Positions 56,608 to 64,000 of a DNA stretch of 64,000 nucleotides are shown one piece after another. Origin of the DNA: the human T2T-CHM13v2.0 reference genome, Homo sapiens. Within the stretch, counting starts at the first letter, position 1. Every line of letters starts with the position of its first letter. The translations under genes and the position numbers were made by a program. Where the stretch lies: the NCBI RefSeq assembly GCF_009914755.1, contig NC_060931.1. One strand, given 5' to 3'. Below the pieces are notes generated by a model. It did no database searches, was not told where the DNA came from, and worked only from the letters and a program-made list of their open reading frames with translations.

Positions 56608-58499
56608 TAGGAATTTTTCTATTTGCTTGTACGCATATGTAGAAATGCAAGAGAGTGAAAGATTTTGTAATTAGATGTACAATCTTCTGAAGCGAAAAGT
56701 GCAGGTGGAATTTTGGGGGGGAAATAAATATAAGTAAAATGAGGTCGTCCGTAAATATTCACAAGTAGACTAGGGCATCAGAAAGGGACCTTCAGGTTCA
56801 GCCAGCTCCTTCGTGGAAGTAGAGTCAGGACTCAAAGAGTCAGGACTGGCATCGGGCTGCATTCCGTCAGTAGCAGAGGCAGGACGAGTGTCCGGGCACT
56901 CAGGTGTCCGGGCACCAAATCTGTTGTCCTTAGAAGGCAACAAGGAACCATTCACATCTCAGTGGAAATGCTGAGCTTTAAGAAGTGAACATTGGGATCA
57001 TAGTAAAAGATTGTGTTTTCTTGAATTACAACATCTTAAGAGATTTGGCAATAGATACACATCCAAAGATTCTTGAAACCCAGGTTGTGTTCTTAGCTCT
57101 GTCATCGGTTCTTCCTGACTTCCAGACGGCGAGACGTCTATAACCAAGGGCCACGTCTCAAACTGAGGTCAGTTCTGTGTGATGAATGTCGCGAGGGATA
57201 CTTCATTTCACAGAATCGATATGCTGCTCCCAGATTTGCCAGAAGTGGAATGTTTGTGCTAGAAGTCATATTTCTTAAACGGAACTTTATGATAGAGGTG
57301 TGATCGTCACATGCAGGTCTCTATGCACATGTATTTTGCCTCAAGATAATCGTGAAGATCATGGTGGCAATGACCCGATCATAGATGCACAATCCTTCAA
57401 AGGCACGTATTTAAAAGACATAACAATTCAACATGTGAAATGTTTAGGACCATTTTAAAATTTGACCCCACAGCTCAGTACCTAAGGGAAGACATCTAAC
57501 TGCAGGGGTGGATTGACGTCTCACCACAGGCGTGGACTGCACTCACTGAAGAGCCCTCACCTCCTATTGCCCACCCTCTCCAGACCCTACAGTGGGCTTC
57601 CTGCACCTTCCTTTAGTCATTGTTTGCTAATTTTAGAACTTTTGGGGAATTACTGTCTTTTCAAAATGGACAGGCAGAGATGGCCACAGCAGGAAGACAC
57701 ACTGGACCGTGTCATAAGCAGAGATGTAATACACATTCCGAAATATGTCATCTGTCACCCTACCCCTGGGTCAACAGGGTTTGCACATTTAATGATAAGG
57801 GTGGATGGAGACTGATGGAGAAGCTCTGGATTTTCTGTTTTCTTCTGTGAGAAGGATGACTTTAATTCCAACAAGCCCAAAAGGTGCTTTCAGCAATGAA
57901 AGGGGTCATGAAACTCAGATGAAAATCCAAAATCTCAGCAAAATTTAATTGGAATTAAAGTCAGAAATTAAATTTGAATTCAATTAAAGCAGAAAATCCA
58001 AAATTTCAGCTAAAAACAAAGGAAACCTGTCCACAGTGAACATTTTAATTAAAAACCTGCTTCATCTAGTATAAAACTCTTATAATCAATTTCTAAGAAT
58101 TCAGCATTTATTTCCATCCTGAATTACCCACACTATTTTTGGTGTGTTCATCATTCTGCATGTCTATGTTCTTTAAGTCCTAATCAATCTCTTAACAACA
58201 CAGAGAACAGCCATTGGGTATGAATTCATCCATACTCCAGGAAATCCTGATCACTTAGAGAACGATGCTCTGTTTTCCGGGCCACGTTTAGACTCCCACG
58301 ACACCTCTTTGTTGCCTATCTGACATAAATGTTTGTTTCAATCAGAGCGTGAGTAGAAAGTGAATGAAACTTATCAGCTAGTTGTGGTTTATTGGTGCTC
58401 TGATTAAAGCTTTAATGGCAGTAAAATTTCTGATGAAAATTAAGTATAGTCCCTTCACTTTGGAAATGAAATCCTACGTATAATTTTGCCACAAGCAGA

Positions 58500-58880
58500 A
58501 AATGAAGGACATTACTGCTGGAAAGCAGAAGACCCCAGGACTTGGTGACCAAAAACAAATACAGCCTCCAGGTGGGGCCCAACAGAGCAAACCAGTTGTA
58601 GAACAAACACTGGGGGCTTTGGGGAAGCCTGAATACAGGTTAGATAACAGATGAGAACAGAGTTTTTCTGTTAGGTATTTGCCATTGTGGGTATGAGGAA
58701 AACTACCCTTATACTTTAGAGATGCATATTGAAGTAATGAGAGACAAATTACCATTATGTGTCAATTTTCTCTAAAATGCTCAAGTAGAAAAATAGCTAA
58801 TGCAAAGATGGCAACATTTTATTAAACGCCAGTCATAGATACTTTGATATTTAATATCTTCTTTTCCTTGCTTTTCTAGA
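58500..58880 (+). mobile_element. Old L1 3'UTR fragment (L1ME/L1MC-like)
   Basis: TTTAGAGATGCATATTGAAGTA...GCAAAGATGGCAACAT. Confidence 0.45.
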
Positions 58881-58898
58881 AAGTTTGGATTTTTTCTT

Positions 58899-59214
58899 CT
58901 TCTTTTTTTTTTTTTTTTTTTTCTTTTTTTTGAGTTGGAGTCTCACTCTGTCGCCCAGGCTGGAGTGCAGTGACATGATCCCGGCTCACTGCAACCTCCA
59001 CCTCCCAGGTTCAAGCAATTCTCCCTGTCTCAGCCTCCCAAGTAGTTAGGATTACAGGCGCCCACCACAATACCTGGCTAATTTTTCTATTTTTAGTAGA
59101 GACGGGGTTTCGTCATGTTGGTCAGGCTGGTCTTCAACTCCTGACCTCAGGTCATCTGCCTGCCTCGGCCTCCCAGAGTGCTGGGATTACAGGTGTCAGC
59201 CACCAAGCCTGGCT
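58899..59214 (-). mobile_element. AluS SINE
   Basis: Long T tract; TSD ATTTTTTCTT. Confidence 0.95.
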
Positions 59215-59502
59215 AATTTTTTCTTAATTAAAAAGAATTAATATCCACTTTATAAAAATGGGAAGGTGCTCTGTGCATTCTCTGAAACACTGAGTAACAA
59301 TATTGAGGACCGATGAAGAAACAATCTAAATGACTGTGTCTCACACCAACCTGGAAACAACACAATTCTCATCTGTGTTTTTGATGAGATTTCTAGGCCT
59401 TTAAGTATTCAACAGTCAAATATTCTTTATTAAAATTATAGGAACAAAAGTAACAACTGGTTAATATTCAGAGGGTGGGTTAAAATGCTTACAGTCTAAT
59501 GA

Positions 59503-59958
<456 letters not shown>

Positions 59959-60176
59959 TAACCTATTTTATAAATCAAGTCCTTCTTGTCATCCTGGTCA
60001 CTGTTACCCAGAGGAGCACTTCATCCTCCCTCTTCTAGTCTACCTCAGTAGATGCATAGCACATCTTCCCTCACTCCGTCTCTCTCTTTCATCATATTAC
60101 CCTTCATGAGAACCACATCGGAATAAACTGTCCAAAATGCTAATTTGTCCCCATCAATTCTCCATGTAAAACTATC

Positions 60177-60455
60177 TTTTTTTTTTTTTTTTTGAGACGG
60201 AGTCTCACTCTGTCACCCAGGTTGGAGTGCAGTGGTACGATCTCGGCTCACTGCAACCTCTGCCTCCTGGCGAGTAGCTGGCACTACAGGCACCCACCAC
60301 CACGCCCAGCTAATTTTTTCTTTTTTCTTTTATTTAGTAGAGATGTGGTTTCACCATGTTGGCCATGTTGGTCTTGAACTCCTGACCTCAGGCGATCCAC
60401 CTGTCTCAGCCTCCCAAAGTACCCGGATTACAGGTGTGAGCCACTGCGCCCCACC
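60177..60455 (-). mobile_element. AluS with ~29-bp right-arm deletion, within an L2 relic
   Basis: CTCCTGG joined directly to CGAGTAGCTGG; TSD AAAAC(T/A)ATCTTT. Confidence 0.92.
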
Positions 60456-60829
60456 TAAAAACAATCTTTCAAAGACTCCACCTTACCCAAAGGCTCGACT
60501 CAACCATCCTGCCTCATCTAGTACAGTTTAGAGTAAGTCCAGACCCAGTCTCTCTAAACCAGGGTGGTCCAGGGAAGAGCAACTCTTGTGAGATATAAGG
60601 GTGGTGCTGATAAAGGGGCTTTCACTGAGCATTGATTAACAAAGCTGGGGCATTCCAGCAATATAGATCAGCGAGAACAGAAGTGCAACAGGATAAACGG
60701 AAGCAGACCCGCACGAGGAAGGAAGAGTGCTTCAGCTTGATTTCCATCTGAGCTCCAAATATGGAGGAAACGTGGGGAAGGTGCTGGAAAAGGTTATGTC
60801 GAAGTGAGACAATAACAGAAAAATACTGA

Positions 60830-61170
60830 TTTTTGTCATTTTATTTAATTGTTGTGGGTACATAGTAGGTGTATATACAATATTTATGGGCTACATGAGC
60901 TATTTTGATACAGGTATATGATGCATAATAACCACATCTGGGTATAAGGGGTATCCATCACCTCAAGAATTGATCCTTTCTTGTTTCTTGTTTCCATTTG
61001 TAAGAATTTATCCTTACAAATGACCCAAGCATATGCTTTTAGTTATTTTTAAATGTACTGTAAATTATTGACTATAGTCACCCTGTTGTGCCATCAAGCA
61101 CTAGATCTGATTCATTCTCTCTACCTATATTTTTGTGGCTATTAACCATCCCCACTCCTGCTCCAGTTCC
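60830..61170 (-). mobile_element. L1MA (MA2/3-like) 3' end
   Basis: GTGGGTACATAGTAGGTGTATAT...GGGGTATCCATCACCTCAAG...TTGACTATAGTCACCCTGTTGTG. Confidence 0.85.
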
Positions 61171-61294
61171 TGGTACAGGTACTCACTGCCCCTCACTACT
61201 GCCCTTGCCACACATGCTTGTATCATTCCCAAGCCTGAGTTTTACTATGTTCCCAAATCTTATCCACATCACTCCCAACTTAGTCACCCAGATA

Positions 61295-61381
61295 TGCACA
61301 CACGCACACACACTGTCATGCACACACGCACATTCGTGCACACACACACTCGTGCACACACACACACTCGTGCATACACAC
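61295..61381. repeat. CA-rich repeat with TCGTGCACACAC modules
   Basis: Visible. Confidence 0.9.
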
Positions 61382-61384
61382 TTG

Positions 61385-61660
61385 GCTCCCATCTGTCCTT
61401 GGTGAACATCTATTCATTCCTAGTAATTTTACTACCGTCTTTCCTGGGACCCTTCCCTGTTCCCTCCATTCCTTGCGCTGCTCCTCTGTGTTCTCCCAGA
61501 ACTGTGTGTACCCCTCTGTCCAGAACCCAGGCCCACCTTGAGATATGTTCGTGTGTGTCTACGCCTCCCCCCTCCTCAAGCAAGTTTCATTTTTATTCAT
61601 GTCCACACCACCCAGATCTAATTACAGAGTTGGCACACAGCAAATGTTCTCCTAAACTGA
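61385..61660 (+). mobile_element. L2 3' fragment
   Basis: Ends CACCCAGATCTAATTACAGAGTTGGCACACAGCAAATGTTCTCCTAAA, like an L2 terminus. Confidence 0.5.
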
Positions 61661-64000
61661 AGTAAAGTAAAAACGAGATCCTGAAATGTTTTCCTAAAAA
61701 CTATTTCAATGAATCCAGAAAATAAATACCTGTTCACAATGCACTGTGGATACGTAATGCAGAAAGGCTTTCCACAGCACTGAACCTCCACCAACGAGGT
61801 CTTTGCTTGTTTGAAAGTCAAATATTTCATTTTTAATTTTAGTTGATTTCTTCTTGATCTCACAGATGTCACAGAAATTAGGCAGGACCTATGAGATTTA
61901 AGATCTTACTAAATAGTTCTAGGTAGAAATATGCATAGATTGTAATCAGATTAGATCCTCCGGCCATTTCTTTTGGTTTAACAACCCCTACACTTAGATT
62001 GCTTGCTCTTTTTCCAAAAAAGAGGTGAGATGACAAGTGTCTAGAGGCACTAATTTCTGCACTGTCACTAAAAGAACCAGTGCCCAAGGCCACGAGTGAT
62101 CCTAGAACATGTTTTACCAACCCAGGTGCTGAGATGGGTTCGCTTCAGTGTTCCCAGTTTTCCAACTTGGTCTGCTTCAGTGAGGTGTTGTTAGGGGACA
62201 TGCACAGATTTCTGACACCTTTTAAATGGGTGTCTCACCTTCCTTATCATCCGTGATTGTGTGCTGCAAATACCAATAATGTTTCTGTTGATTATTCTGG
62301 AAATCTATGTGTCTACTGATCACCTGGCTCTTTTAAAAATATTATTACTTACTTATTGTATATATGGTGAGTTTTTGTCTGTGTTTGCCAAAGGTGTCAA
62401 ATCAATGATTTAAATCTTTTTTGAATAACTTTAGTTTTGGACATGCCTGACCTGTGTTTGCTTGGTTTTTAAGTAAGCTGTCCGTTAACAGTTCAGTGTC
62501 CTCCTCTATTGTTCAAAGACTTCTCAACGCCAGCCTCTCTAGTCCGTCGTCTTTTTATTTCCGCACCTTAAGCTCCACTAAGCCTTAAGTGTCAAGGGCC
62601 AGGGCTGCGGTTGCTTTTAGCTATGCCCAGACCTAGGAACGCTTCACGAGAACTTGCTACTGAATGTGTTTACTTCCTTTGCTTTATTTTTCCTCTTGCA
62701 AATCAATAGTATTCATAATATAGTTTTATAAATTAAAATAACTTATTAAAATATTGAGTTAAAACATGATTATACAAGGTTCTTATATGTATATTTCAAG
62801 GTGTAGATTTTTGTATAGATGAGTTTGATGGGCATAAAATCCTGGACATTATGTGGGTTAGATTCTCTTCTTCAGTCAACACCAGCATTCCCTACACCTG
62901 CAGGCCCTCGTCACTCCCAGGCCATCTCACCATGTCCTGATTTCTCACCCATGGCATGCTTTCCATGCTGTCTTGTTTAAATTCTAATGCTCTGGGGCCT
63001 CTTGTCCCATGGTAGGGATCTTACAGTCAGTCACCCCTGGGGACCTTCCTCTCACTAAATCTAACTGTAAACTCTGGTTATTCAGTGATAAATCAATGCA
63101 CTTTTTTCTATACCTTCTCATATCAATTTTGAATCAGATAACTCCAAAATTATACTGCAGTGCCTACCTGTATTTTTTCTGCTATTTATTTAGTATGCCT
63201 CTCTGAAGAATTCTCCTTTTGTGACTAACAGTCTTACCACCAGTACACCTGGAGCATCCCATCCTCTGCTGGAATATTTGTCCTTATATACCAAACACCT
63301 GTCTTTGTGGGTGTGTGGGGCTAGACTTGGATATGCAAACTACTCTTATCAGATTATGGTACCCTTCTTGAGGACAGGTTTCTGATGTATACGTAAAATG
63401 AGAGAAACTTTTCCCTGAGCTACTGCATTCTAAACCAGCTTGAGAGATTTCCATTGATTGTAAAAGCTGTGAGATAAAGCATGCTTGCTTTGGGAAACCC
63501 AAAGACAAGGTCGAGTATTTTGAGATCTCTAAAGAAGAATAAATGTTCTCATCTTCTTATTTTCACTGCCTCCGGCTGACACTGGGTGAATGCTCATGGG
63601 GGCCACTTTGCAAAGCATCTTCCCAGAATAACCTGCTGCTCGGTGGCATGACTTGCAACATGAGCTATCTTCCAGCCTCCCCGCCCTCACAGGCACAGCA
63701 AGATGCACTCTAAGTACACGCTAAATGGACATCTTGGCCCAGGAAACGACCATGTCAGCAGCAGCCACCACCTCTTTGATGATGAAGGGCAATGATACAG
63801 GTGGGGATGGAGGCAGGAAGCAGATGGTCCCCTGAACTCCCAGCATGCTTTGGCGCCCTGTGAGGTTGATGTGTGTTTCCTTGTTCTGATGGTTTCCCTC
63901 TCGATGGCCTCTCTCATTGGTCTATTTGGAGGCCCATTTCCCATATGCCAGATGTCTCACTATACCTTGGGTAATTGTAACTATTTGAGGAATTTCAAGA

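Overview
This is primate (most likely human or great-ape) non-coding genomic DNA. I see no convincing protein-coding exon, structural RNA gene, CRISPR array or prokaryotic feature. Roughly half of the window is interspersed repeats: 16 Alu insertions (J, S and Y types, most with readable target-site duplications), two large fragmented old L1s (about 4.4-11.4 kb on +, about 17.3-24.7 kb on -), two truncated L1PA 3' ends, an essentially full-length Tigger1, several Tigger/hAT MITEs, MaLR LTRs, and MIR/L2 relics. It is unusually rich in tandem arrays (10, 19/12, 28, 38, 59 and 77 bp units plus a 1 kb CA-rich tract), as in distal chromosome bands. Several unique, CpG-retaining, motif-dense blocks look like developmental enhancers. 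Most ORFs in the track are repeat-derived or chance. I found no new gene system. The best-supported oddities are a single Alu with a twin-priming-type 5' inversion inside one TSD pair, a 37-bp templated copy of a local MER47 segment, two different Alus sharing a triplicated TSD, and motif-multiplying minisatellites. Repeat subfamily names are from recalled consensus sequences and need RepeatMasker/Dfam confirmation. Boundaries of old elements are approximate.
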